A DNA stretch of 64,000 bases from Bdellovibrionales bacterium (GTDB taxonomy: Bacteria; Bdellovibrionota; Bdellovibrionia; Bdellovibrionales; JAMPXM01). The DNA lies in the NCBI GenBank assembly GCA_043739185.1, contig JAYUEN010000155.1, forward strand, positions 1 to 64,000. Direction: 5' to 3'. Every line of letters begins with the position of its first letter. Position 1 is the first letter of the stretch. The notes under the pieces are model-generated. The model ran no database searches, had not been told where the DNA came from, and saw only the letters and a program-made list of their open reading frames with translations. Below, piece by piece: positions 39,596-49,080 of the stretch. A program made the translations under genes and the position numbers.

Positions 39596-39804
39596 AGGGT
39601 TGTCTATATTGTGACAGGAATTTATCAAAAATATAGTTTGAAATTCCTGATATTGTCGTTTGTCCTGCTTTCAGACCTTCGTCGTGCAGGGAGTCGTTAG
39701 TAAGAGGCTTCTATAGACTCACTTGATTTCGGAGTGAGACTTGATAATAATCGGCCCGGCAGTGCAGCTGAGTTTTAAGCACGTATTTCTAAGGGGGACT
39801 TCAG

Positions 39805-40704
39805 ATGAATTTACAGCAATTGGTTACGTTTACGACCGTAATTTCTGAAGGGAGCATGACGGCTGCAGCCGAAAAACTTTATCTTACTCAGCCAGCTGTC
39901 AGCCAACAGATTCGCAACTTAGAAGAAGAAACTGGGGTGGAGCTCTTGGTACGAGGCACGCGCCAAGCTCGTGCTACGATTCAAGGTCAGCTTTTATATG
40001 AATATGCTAAAAAAATTATTGCTCTTACTCAACAAGCACAGGTTGCCATTCAGACGATCGGTGAAGGCGTACAAGGATCGCTTCGAATCGGAACCCTTAA
40101 CTCCTTAGGCCTTTATTTATTGGGGCCCTTAGTTGGAACTTTTTTAAGACATAATGCCAAGATCAATATGGCCCTTATGTATGAAGATGGAGTTTCGATT
40201 TTCAAAGCACTTGAAAAAGGTGAATTAGATGCTGCCATTTTACCAGAAGTTGAAGCTGAGTATGGATTGAAGCCAATGGGACTCGAAGTTCGTGAACTCA
40301 TGAAAGACGAAGTTTGGCTGGTTGCCTCGAACAAAGAAATGGGCTTGCCTCAATCGATCACGGTGAAGGAATTGAATCTCAAGCCGTTCGTTCGATTTTC
40401 TGAACGCAACTCAAGTTTCAATGAAAAGCTTCGACTCGAATTGGTGAGACAGAATATTAAACTCAAGCCAGTTTTTGAGAGCAATAATGTCGGCACTGTA
40501 AAAAAAGTTGTTGAGAGTGGTTTGGGCTGGGGCTTTCTGCCATCTCATAGTATCAAAAAGCAAGTGCGTGCGGGCCGTTTGCTCAATGTTGAAGTGAGTG
40601 ATCTCAAGTATTCGATTAATATTAATTATTATTTACGTAAGACAGAGCAAAACTCGCATGTCAGTGAAATATTTTATCGCGCGCTCAAGCAGCCCAGTAT
40701 CTAA
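39805..40704 (+). CDS. LysR-family transcriptional regulator
   Basis: SMTAAAEKLYLTQPAVSQQIRNLEE HTH; VESGLGWGFLP. Confidence 0.95.
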   Translation: MNLQQLVTFTTVISEGSMTAAAEKLYLTQPAVSQQIRNLEEETGVELLVRGTRQARATIQGQLLYEYAKKIIALTQQAQVAIQTIGEGVQGSLRIGTLNSLGLYLLGPLVGTFLRHNAKINMALMYEDGVSIFKALEKGELDAAILPEVEAEYGLKPMGLEVRELMKDEVWLVASNKEMGLPQSITVKELNLKPFVRFSERNSSFNEKLRLELVRQNIKLKPVFESNNVGTVKKVVESGLGWGFLPSHSIKKQVRAGRLLNVEVSDLKYSININYYLRKTEQNSHVSEIFYRALKQPSI

Positions 40705-40713
40705 GGACGCGCT

Positions 40714-41925
40714 CTAAGTTAATCTGCGAATCTGGGCGGCATAAAAGCCGTCGAAATCATTTTCTCCAGGCCAAAAGTGTTTTTCACTTTCGAGCTTATA
40801 ATTCTTATTATTGGCTAAGAAGTTTTTGACCTGCAGTTCATTTTCACTCGGCAAAATACTGCAAGTGGCATAAAGGATCAAGCCTCCGGGCTTCACCATT
40901 GGAGTGTAGGTTTGCAAAATATCGGCCTGAATTTGGCGAAGTTCTTCAACGCGCTCAAGAGTGAGCTTCCATTTGCTGTCGGGATTTCGCCTCAAAGCAC
41001 CGAGTCCTGAGCAGGGAACATCGAGTAAAACGCGATCCGCGGTGGCTTCTAAGCGTTTAATGGTTTTACTGCCTTCGATTAGTTTCATTTCAATGACATC
41101 ACAGCCGGCACGGGCAGACCGTTTTTTGAGTTCCGCCAATTTTTTTTCATGGATATCAAGAGCAATGATACGGCCTTTATTTTTCATTAGGGCTGCCGCA
41201 TGAAGGGTCTTGCCGCCGGCCCCTGCACAGGCATCAATTACGCGCATTCCGGGCTTGAGATCTAAAAGTGGGGCTATCATTTGGCTTGAGCCATCTTGAA
41301 TTTCGAAATGACCAAGTTTAAAGGCTTCAGAAAGAAAAATATTTTTTCTCTGCAAAAGCTTCATGGCGCCGGGTGGATTTTTGAGGCTTTGAACTTCAAA
41401 TTCTTCACTTATTAATTTGGCCTTCAATGCCTCAGGAGTGGTGCGAAGAGTATTGGTTCTGATAATCACTGGGGCCTGTAAATTGAGCGCTTCAAGAATC
41501 GAATTCCAGCGATTTCCGAGCTCTTCTTTTCCTAGATTGTAGAGCCACTCCGGAACCGAGTGAGTTTCGGCATCGGTGAAGTTTTTATTCTCAATTATGT
41601 TTTTGATTTTGCGCTCGTCTAATCGGAAGGCATCGACAAAGGCATTGACCTCAAGATCTTTTTTAGAAATATAAAAATAAGTCAGCGCTAATTTTTTAAG
41701 TGAGTACTCGGTCAGGCTAACGGGTTCATCTAAAACCACCCAAATAAATCTCCACCAGCGAACGATTTCATAGACATTTTCAGCTATGAATTTGCGATCG
41801 CGGACGCCCCATTTTTTATTGGCTTTAAAGGCACGCTCAATAACTTTGTCGGCGTAATAACCCTCAGCAAAAATTTGTTCGAGGCAATGAGCAATTGCGG
41901 TGAGGAGGGGGGGGTGTATTTTCAA
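40714..41925 (-). CDS. RsmB/NOP2-family RNA m5C methyltransferase
   Basis: IQDGSSQ, DACAGAGGKT, DVPCSGLG, YATCS. Confidence 0.92.
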   Translation of the reverse strand: MKIHPPLLTAIAHCLEQIFAEGYYADKVIERAFKANKKWGVRDRKFIAENVYEIVRWWRFIWVVLDEPVSLTEYSLKKLALTYFYISKKDLEVNAFVDAFRLDERKIKNIIENKNFTDAETHSVPEWLYNLGKEELGNRWNSILEALNLQAPVIIRTNTLRTTPEALKAKLISEEFEVQSLKNPPGAMKLLQRKNIFLSEAFKLGHFEIQDGSSQMIAPLLDLKPGMRVIDACAGAGGKTLHAAALMKNKGRIIALDIHEKKLAELKKRSARAGCDVIEMKLIEGSKTIKRLEATADRVLLDVPCSGLGALRRNPDSKWKLTLERVEELRQIQADILQTYTPMVKPGGLILYATCSILPSENELQVKNFLANNKNYKLESEKHFWPGENDFDGFYAAQIRRLT

Positions 41926-42653
41926 AATGTAAACAGCGCGCCGATAGCAACAAAGCTTCCGTCGTATTGTCCGTTAGATAAAAGGTGAAAATGATTTTTA
42001 ATGCCGGCTTCGACAAAAAAACCAGTGCTGTCTAATATATTAAAAAAGCGGGCGCCTAAAAAAAGTTGGTAATCAAAAGAGATTTGCGATTGCCCTGAAA
42101 TTTGCTTTAAATAAAAACCAGGCCCCGCTCCTGCTCCAAAATAAAGAGGAAAGTGGCTTGAAGCATCGGGAAAAATAACCACTGGTAATAAGCTGAGTTT
42201 TGAGGCCGCACCTTCAGCAAGGTTGAAGGTCGAAAAGTCAGCGCGAAAGTCGAGATCGGCAGCATTGGCCCACTCGCCGAGACGGTAAGTGACTCCAATA
42301 TTGAGTTTTCCGATATTGCTTTCGTGCTCAGAGCCCCATTTATAAGAGTCATCGCCTACAAAAGTTCCGATATGCACGGCCATATAATGAGATTCTTTTG
42401 CAATCGACGCCGGACCTCGTGAATCTGAGTCTTCAGGTCTTTGCCCCATATATTTGGCTGCGGCTTTATGCCCGGTTTTTGTCGGTAAACTTTTAGGGGG
42501 GGCTTTTTCGTGAGTAGATTCGATTTTTTCTGATTTATCGCTATAGTCAACCGCACCTAGGCCGTCTTCTTCTGCGTAAATTGCGTGAAAAGGGGTGCTT
42601 GAGATCAATAAAATCACTGCCAAATGTGCCGAAATTTTCGAGATCATCTTCAT
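41922..42653 (-). CDS. Outer-membrane beta-barrel protein
   Basis: Signal peptide, alternating beta strands, PLYFGAGAG, C-terminal F. Confidence 0.75.
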   Translation of the reverse strand: MKMISKISAHLAVILLISSTPFHAIYAEEDGLGAVDYSDKSEKIESTHEKAPPKSLPTKTGHKAAAKYMGQRPEDSDSRGPASIAKESHYMAVHIGTFVGDDSYKWGSEHESNIGKLNIGVTYRLGEWANAADLDFRADFSTFNLAEGAASKLSLLPVVIFPDASSHFPLYFGAGAGPGFYLKQISGQSQISFDYQLFLGARFFNILDSTGFFVEAGIKNHFHLLSNGQYDGSFVAIGALFTF

Positions 42654-42795
42654 AATAGGCTCCTGACTTCAATTGAGGTCTAATATAATTTCTAGCCGAT
42701 AACAAAGAAATCGAATGAATTTATTGACGCGGCTCGTTTGATATCTTAATGTCTGCCTTCGATTTAAGGATAATATAGTTCTTTGGAATTAGAGG

Positions 42796-43221
42796 ATGGT
42801 CATGGGTTCAAGGCGTGCTGCGCGTGAGTTGGCTTTACAATATTTGTTTGGCCATGAATTTCAAAATAAAATGACCCCTCGAGAGTGGCTAAATCAGTAT
42901 TCTGAAGATTTTCAGGTTGAGGCTGATGTCGCAAGCTTTTCGCAAAACCTCTGCGAAGGTGTATTAAAACACAAATCCGAAATTGATCCCGTAATTCAAA
43001 GCCATAGCGCTCATTGGAAGCTCAGTCGCATGTCCTTAGTAGACATCAATATCCTGCGCGTAGCCGTATTTGAGATGCATTTTAGTCCAAATCCAATTGC
43101 TCCAAAAATTATAATAAATGAGGCCATCGATATTGCCAAATTATATGGAAGCATTGATTCCGGCGCCTTTGTAAACGGGATCATTGATCAAATTGCGAAA
43201 TCTTTGACTTTAAGAGCTTAA
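42796..43221 (+). CDS. nusB: Transcription antitermination factor NusB
   Basis: RRAARELALQYLF, W...RM..VD.NILR, INEAIDIAK.YG, FVNGIID. Confidence 0.95.
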   Translation: MVMGSRRAARELALQYLFGHEFQNKMTPREWLNQYSEDFQVEADVASFSQNLCEGVLKHKSEIDPVIQSHSAHWKLSRMSLVDINILRVAVFEMHFSPNPIAPKIIINEAIDIAKLYGSIDSGAFVNGIIDQIAKSLTLRA

Positions 43222-43292
43222 ACAGACTTAAGAGCCGGCTGGGAAGCAGCTTTCATCTTTTTTAGCGTCGGACTGGCGTTTACAATCAGAAA

Positions 43293-43793
43293 ATGATTCA
43301 ATTCGAATCAATGAAACAATTGAACAGTCAAACCGATGCTTTTTCGAGTGGATCAAATCTGTGGATTATCGCAGACCTTGAAAGTTCAAAATGGGCCCAA
43401 AAGCTAGATTGGTATCTGAATTTTCAATTGCGAAGAGCAAAGCTTCATACTCCAAAAAAGATTTCTGAGTCAGCACAAGAAAAGATAGCGAGTTGGGGCA
43501 TTGACGTTCAGAAATTAACCAAAGGGGTTAGGAGCTTTGATCGCAAAAAAGCGGCCCTTATGATTGCAAGCCAAAAGCTTTTGCCAAATCAATTGACCAT
43601 TCAAATTCCATTTCGCGACCTTACAGTGGGCGAATGGGCGCAAAACTGTTTGAAGCTGTTGCAAAATTTAAAACAGACGCAGGCACGTATTTTTTTGCCT
43701 CAAAAAATAAGTGCTAGCGAATTTTCAAAAGTATTGGGAAGTAAAAATTCAGAGTTCGAAATTGAAATGATTGAAGAGGCTCTGCTTGACTGA
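43293..43793 (+). CDS. Hypothetical protein
   Basis: 166-aa ORF overlapping the next gene; W...LDWYLNFQ motif. Confidence 0.65.
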   Translation: MIQFESMKQLNSQTDAFSSGSNLWIIADLESSKWAQKLDWYLNFQLRRAKLHTPKKISESAQEKIASWGIDVQKLTKGVRSFDRKKAALMIASQKLLPNQLTIQIPFRDLTVGEWAQNCLKLLQNLKQTQARIFLPQKISASEFSKVLGSKNSEFEIEMIEEALLD

Positions 43794-44628
43794 AGAAAAA
43801 AAAGCGACGGTTTATATTATTTCAGATGGTACCGGTGAAACCGCAGCGACCATGATTCGGGCCGCTTTGGTGCAATACTCCGAAGTCGATTCTCATATAG
43901 TTCGGCATAAAAATGTGCGCAATGAAAATCAAGTTGAATCTTTAATTGACTCTGCGTTTGAAGCCAAAGCGATTATCGTTCACACCATGGCTTCGCCCCA
44001 GCTGCGCGAAAAAATTCGCGAATACTCGGCCGGCAAGGGCTTGCAGGCCGTTGATTTGTTGGGGCCATTATTAGACCAGCTCGATATTTATTTTGGCGTT
44101 AAATCTTCACATCAAGTCGGACTCCTTCATACTGTCGATCTCAGATATTTTAGGCGAATTGAAGCAATTGAATATACGGTTAAACATGACGATGGGAAAT
44201 GTCTCACAGATTTAGACGAAGCGGATATTATCTTGGTCGGCGTGAGCCGAACCAGCAAGACTCCGCTTTCGATTTTTTTAAGTCACAAAGGTTGGAAGGT
44301 TGTCAATATTCCCCTGGTTTTGAATACGGCCTTGCCTCAGGAACTTTCGACTGTTGATCAGCGAAAAATAATTGGACTGATTATTGATCCCGATAGTTTG
44401 TCTCGAATTCGCCGGAATCGACTCGAGAAATTTGGTCAGGATCCGGGCGGTGAGTATGCCCGCAGTAGTTATATCGCACAAGAAATTGAATTCGCGCAGG
44501 CGCTCTTCAAGCAAAATCAAAGATGGCCAGTTCTCAATGTTACCGAACGCGCGCTTGAAGAAACCGCCACCGAAATCACTCGTATCATTGCTTCACGTAT
44601 GGGGCTGCCGGATAAATTACTGTTTTAA
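43771..44628 (+). CDS. ppsR: PEP synthase/PPDK regulatory kinase-phosphorylase (DUF299)
   Basis: ISDGTGETA, YF.RIEAIEY.VKHDDG, GVSRTSKTPLS, EETA. Confidence 0.92.
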   Translation: MKRLCLTEEKKATVYIISDGTGETAATMIRAALVQYSEVDSHIVRHKNVRNENQVESLIDSAFEAKAIIVHTMASPQLREKIREYSAGKGLQAVDLLGPLLDQLDIYFGVKSSHQVGLLHTVDLRYFRRIEAIEYTVKHDDGKCLTDLDEADIILVGVSRTSKTPLSIFLSHKGWKVVNIPLVLNTALPQELSTVDQRKIIGLIIDPDSLSRIRRNRLEKFGQDPGGEYARSSYIAQEIEFAQALFKQNQRWPVLNVTERALEETATEITRIIASRMGLPDKLLF

Positions 44629-45252
44629 AACTGTCTTCTCATCCATGACATCAAGCAATTCAATTTCAAAAAGTAGGGCTTGATTGACTGGCACAACTCC
44701 GTCGCGAGTTCCGCGGCTACCATAAGCCAGATCGGCGGGAATATAGAGCTTACGTTTGCCGCCAACTTTCATATTCACTAAGCCTTCGTCCCAACCTGCG
44801 ATCACTTGCTTTTCTCCAAGAGTAAATTCGAAGGGTTCTTTGCCTTCGGAAGTATCCAATTGAAAGCCCTTCATCTGCGGCTGTTTGGGATCAAAAAACC
44901 AACCGGTATAATTGACCTTAACACTTTTGCCTTTTACAGCAGCTTTGCCACTGCCAGCATTTAAGTCTTCAACAATTAAATTTTTAAGGTCCGCAGGAAT
45001 TTTCAAAACACTCTTTTCTTTTTTAGGTTCTGCAGTTTTTTTTCCTTTTTTATCTAGGCCCAGCAGACTTTTAGCTGAAATTCCTGTGGATTTGTTCGGA
45101 TCATTTGCTGGCGCCGTAGCTGAAGCAGGTGTCATTTGAGATGGGGCGGCCGCGGGAGCTGAAGGAATTGGGGCTTGAGGCTCGGCACCTAGAGATTTAG
45201 AGGCCAAAACACAAAGTAAGAGAGTGAAGATAAAACTATTTTTCAAACACAT
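44617..45252 (-). CDS. Exported FKBP-type peptidyl-prolyl isomerase
   Basis: VNYTGW, VIAGWDEG, MKVGGKRKL.IP..LAYG, FEIELL; signal peptide. Confidence 0.93.
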   Translation of the reverse strand: MCLKNSFIFTLLLCVLASKSLGAEPQAPIPSAPAAAPSQMTPASATAPANDPNKSTGISAKSLLGLDKKGKKTAEPKKEKSVLKIPADLKNLIVEDLNAGSGKAAVKGKSVKVNYTGWFFDPKQPQMKGFQLDTSEGKEPFEFTLGEKQVIAGWDEGLVNMKVGGKRKLYIPADLAYGSRGTRDGVVPVNQALLFEIELLDVMDEKTVLKQ

Positions 45253-45638
45253 AAGAAATCTACTTTCGTTTCGGATTTGTGAGCAATATCAAATGCAGAG
45301 TACTGCAAGCAGATACAATCAAACAAACACAGAAACGCCGCATCAACCAGAAAAAGCTAAAAACTTAAGCAGTGGTTTTTAAGGCATTTTTAATTTTTTA
45401 TTGACCTATGTGATACTATCCTGCAAGGAGATTTGCCCCGCACGCTAATTTTTCTCGAGCTTTTGGTGAAAAATTTTAGAACTAGGCTCCAGATAAATTG
45501 TGTGAATTTCGGGCGTTTCAAAGTTTTTTGTTGAAATGAGAGGAAGAATGACGCTTGAATGTAATTTGAATTTATTTTTCAAAGCATGAAGGCTCTTCAG
45601 GCAAGCTGTCTCAAAGAGGCCGAGAAGGAATAGGATCA

Positions 45639-47537
45639 GTGTCAAAAAAAATTACCAGCAGTAGTACCGCCGAATATTTTGCAAAGAATTTGCAACAGGT
45701 CGGATTTTCGTCACCTCTCAAAGCGGTTTTAACCACACTCAAAGAAGCAGTCGATAATTCGTTAGATGCGTGCGAAGAAAATTCAATTTTGCCGGACTTA
45801 AAGGTTTCAATAACTAAAATTGGTGAAGGCAGTTCAAAGTCGACCGATTTAATCAAGATCGTAGTTGAAGACAATGGGCCAGGCATTGATCCCGATGATA
45901 TTGCAAAAGTTTTTGGTGAATATTTAGCTTCAAGCAAATTTGGTAAAGGTCAATGTTCTAGAGGCCAACAAGGGATTGGTATTTCTGCAGCGACTACTTG
46001 GGCACAATTGACCAATGCCTCAGGAGTTCAAGTAACGACTATTCAAAAAAATATGCGAAAGGCAATTAGCTGCCTAGTAGATGTCGACATTAAAGCAAAT
46101 AAAGGCGTGGTAAAGAAAAAAGAGAGCATTGACTGGGATCGCCCTCATGGCACGCGAGTCGAGTTTCGCATTGATGGCCGAATTCAACTCAATGGTGACG
46201 GCGGATTATTGACCTATCTTGAAGGCACCACATTAGTGAATCCACATATGAGTTTGGATTATAAAGTAGTCGATCAAGACTGGGTAAAAGTGAAGCGTGT
46301 CACCGATGTCTGTCCAGAAATTCCTGAAAGTACACTTCCACATCCGCATACGATGAAGCTTGGCGAATTCATGACACATGCTCATCTTTTTGGGAAAGTC
46401 GATTTCTCTAAATTTCTTAAAACCGGTTTTTCAAGAGTGAATGATCAGACCGTTAAGGAATTGGTGAAGATTGGTATGCCGAAGTCTTTGCTCAATATGC
46501 CAGTAATGAAAATGAAAGAGGGCGAGTTCAAAGCGGCCTTTCAAGTTATTCAAAAAGCTGAATTGCAAAGTCCGTCGACTAAATCGGTTTTGACAGTTGG
46601 TGAAGAAGCACTTTCAAAAAGTATTATGCGATTAGGTGATATCGATTTCTTTTCGGTGGTTACACGTAAACCTCGCATTTGTGATTTCAAACCAGTAGTG
46701 GTCGAAGTAGCGCTGGCGCGTTTTTTAACTCGTGGAAGTATGGATGAATCTATTCAGCTTTTACGTTTTGCCAATCGTGTACCTCTTCAGTTTGATAAAA
46801 GCTCGTGCGCAATCACGCAGGCAGTTGAAAGTGTCAATTGGCGTTCTTATGGATTGGCTCAGGGTAAAGATAGTATTCCGGCAGGGCCATATGTTTTTGC
46901 CATCAGTGTGGTTTCGCCATTTATTAAATTTAAGAATGCTTCGAAAGAAACCATTGATGCCTCAGACGAATTGATTGAAGAAATTAGACGAACACTGATG
47001 CAAGCGGGGCAACAGCTTTCAAGACATATTCGCAAGGAAAATAAAGAAGCCGATCTTGAAAGAAAATTAGCCCATATTGAGCAATTTGGTCCGATTTTAG
47101 TTGAGGGCCTTGTGCGCATTACTGGCGCCAATCAAACGCGTAAGAAAAATGCAGAGGACGGACTAAAGAAACTACTTGGACGGGATACTCGCGACGCTGA
47201 AAAAGATTTGTCAGTCGCTGAGGTAAGACTTCAAGCGCTTAAAGAAAAAGCTCTAAAAGCTGGAGTCAAATTTGATAAAAGGCATTCGCAAAGTGAATTG
47301 CTTGAAGCCGCTGAGCGCGGTGAAGAGTTAACTGATTTTGAAGCACCAGGTGACGAGTCGGATGAAGCTTCTGACTCGAAAGAAAAATCCACACAAAAGG
47401 GCACAGGCAAGTCATCGACTGAGAAAGTGGCGCAAAGTACTGAGAAGTCAGCCACAACTAGCACTGAAAAAGCAGCTCAGGCGACGACTGCCAAGGCGAC
47501 AACGGCCAAGGCCGCTCCTAAGAAAAAATCGAAATAA
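45639..47537 (+). CDS. top6B: DNA topoisomerase VI subunit B
   Basis: AEYFAKN..VGF, GHKL motifs EAVDNSLDA, DNGPGI, SRGQQGIGISAA; PHP; RFANRVPL; W..YGL; SKE. Confidence 0.93.
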   Translation: MSKKITSSSTAEYFAKNLQQVGFSSPLKAVLTTLKEAVDNSLDACEENSILPDLKVSITKIGEGSSKSTDLIKIVVEDNGPGIDPDDIAKVFGEYLASSKFGKGQCSRGQQGIGISAATTWAQLTNASGVQVTTIQKNMRKAISCLVDVDIKANKGVVKKKESIDWDRPHGTRVEFRIDGRIQLNGDGGLLTYLEGTTLVNPHMSLDYKVVDQDWVKVKRVTDVCPEIPESTLPHPHTMKLGEFMTHAHLFGKVDFSKFLKTGFSRVNDQTVKELVKIGMPKSLLNMPVMKMKEGEFKAAFQVIQKAELQSPSTKSVLTVGEEALSKSIMRLGDIDFFSVVTRKPRICDFKPVVVEVALARFLTRGSMDESIQLLRFANRVPLQFDKSSCAITQAVESVNWRSYGLAQGKDSIPAGPYVFAISVVSPFIKFKNASKETIDASDELIEEIRRTLMQAGQQLSRHIRKENKEADLERKLAHIEQFGPILVEGLVRITGANQTRKKNAEDGLKKLLGRDTRDAEKDLSVAEVRLQALKEKALKAGVKFDKRHSQSELLEAAERGEELTDFEAPGDESDEASDSKEKSTQKGTGKSSTEKVAQSTEKSATTSTEKAAQATTAKATTAKAAPKKKSK

Positions 47538-47549
47538 AGGGTCAATTTC

Positions 47550-48713
47550 ATGGATAAAATCATTCGCATTCGAAAACTAACTAAAGATATTCCTGCTGAG
47601 GCCAAGGCCCTTTGCGATATGATGTTGAAGGAACTTGAAAACTCAAATCGCCCAGTTCTAGAGGCGGTTAAGTGTTCGCTTGATAATTCTCTTTACAATC
47701 CAAAAGTGGGTTATCTGACGCCTGGAAGTAAAAGAGTGCGAACCGAACTCAATGTCTCGAGTGTTCAAAAAATGGCCCGCGTGGTTTTCATGCTCGAAGT
47801 ACTACTGCGAAATATTAAGACCGGCGCAGTCAATACCAAGCGCGAACTTTACTACATCGGAAAAGGTATGGTGAAGTCTTCAACCAATCTAAAGCCGCTC
47901 GATTTCACCGCGCAAGAAGAGAGCGATTCAATTATAGATTTCATAGGTGATATGCTTGAAGTTTACCGCGAAGAGCTTAATTGTTTTGCCAATGATCGTG
48001 GTGGTCAAACTTACTCGCAGCATTTAGTGGTTACTGAAACCTTACCTGATGGTGATAAGGCGGTGGTCGATTTGAGCTCGCTCGGAACCACACCTTTTCA
48101 GCCTAAAAATAAGCCTCAAGCTTTGAGATTGAAAGCTAAGAAGAAAATTGAATTCTGTCTAGTTGTTGAGTCCGAAGGTACGGCGGGAACTCTCGTCGCA
48201 AATGGTATGACCAAGAGACATAATTGTATTGTCATGGGTGCTCAAGGAGTACCTTCAAATGGCGTGCGTGGCTGGTGTAAACTTATTCAGACAGAACTCA
48301 AGGTTCCAATTTTCTTTTTCGGAGATCTCGACGCCTATACTTTACAAAATATCTTTCGAACTTTGAAAGCTGGTTCGGCGGCTTCTTTAATAAGAAACTC
48401 AGACTTTTCTGCTCCCTCGGTGCATTTCTTAGGTGTTTTGCCAGAAGACGTAAAAAAATATGATTTGGATTGTTATGAAGTGCGCGAAAAGGATCCGGTT
48501 GAATCGCGCTCACTTAAGAAGGCAAAAGACGCTTTGGCAAATGATCCGTTTTTTCAAGATAAGAAAAACCGCAAACTAGCTGATATTTTAAACTGGTTAG
48601 TAAAAAATAAATTGCGCTGCGAGCAACAGGCATTGTTTGCGGTCAATCCAAACGATCCTTTGACGCCTGAAAAAATCATTGTGGATAAAATTCGCAGCGG
48701 CTCTTACGTTTAA
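47550..48713 (+). CDS. top6A: DNA topoisomerase VI subunit A (Spo11-like)
   Basis: TKRELYY catalytic Tyr, Q.ESD.II, TOPRIM VVESEG and GDLD, G.P, EQQAL. Confidence 0.93.
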   Translation: MDKIIRIRKLTKDIPAEAKALCDMMLKELENSNRPVLEAVKCSLDNSLYNPKVGYLTPGSKRVRTELNVSSVQKMARVVFMLEVLLRNIKTGAVNTKRELYYIGKGMVKSSTNLKPLDFTAQEESDSIIDFIGDMLEVYREELNCFANDRGGQTYSQHLVVTETLPDGDKAVVDLSSLGTTPFQPKNKPQALRLKAKKKIEFCLVVESEGTAGTLVANGMTKRHNCIVMGAQGVPSNGVRGWCKLIQTELKVPIFFFGDLDAYTLQNIFRTLKAGSAASLIRNSDFSAPSVHFLGVLPEDVKKYDLDCYEVREKDPVESRSLKKAKDALANDPFFQDKKNRKLADILNWLVKNKLRCEQQALFAVNPNDPLTPEKIIVDKIRSGSYV

Positions 48714-48716
48714 AGT

Positions 48717-49070
48717 CTAAGCTTTCAGTTTGCCGGACTTTAAATATTCTTCGAGTTCAGCATTTCCGCCTATAAGCTTTGAATCAATAAAGACCTGTGG
48801 GAAAGTGGGCCAGCCGCTCCAGAGTTTTACCGCAAGTCTTGGCTTCCACATTGAAAAATAACTGCCATACTCCAAGTATTTAAATTTGAGTCCGGCGCCA
48901 TCTAAATTCTTTCTGGCTTTGGTGACCACTGGGTTTTGCGCCATTCCGACAACTACTATTTTATTGGCCTTTACGGCCCCTTCAACTTCTTTCACGATAT
49001 CCGCATAAAATTTCTCGATGGCTTCGTGAGCTTTTGCATCTAGATTTTCAGTTCCTAGGACTTTTCTCAT
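48717..49070 (-). CDS. Glutaredoxin-like protein lacking cysteine
   Basis: SGWPTFPQVFI..KLIGG; ATG 49070 with AGGAG SD; no Cys anywhere in the protein. Confidence 0.8.
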   Translation of the reverse strand: MRKVLGTENLDAKAHEAIEKFYADIVKEVEGAVKANKIVVVGMAQNPVVTKARKNLDGAGLKFKYLEYGSYFSMWKPRLAVKLWSGWPTFPQVFIDSKLIGGNAELEEYLKSGKLKA

Positions 49071-49080
49071 AAATTCTCCT

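Noticed and set aside
42695..42702. GCCGATAA sigma28 -10 box upstream of nusB
   Set aside because: There is no TAAA-like -35 element at the 15-nt spacing.
45639..48713. Topo VIII, mini-A or Wadjet-type mobile/defence system
   Set aside because: These are separate full-length B and A subunits with canonical Topo VI motifs in a housekeeping neighbourhood, with no SMC or mobility genes.
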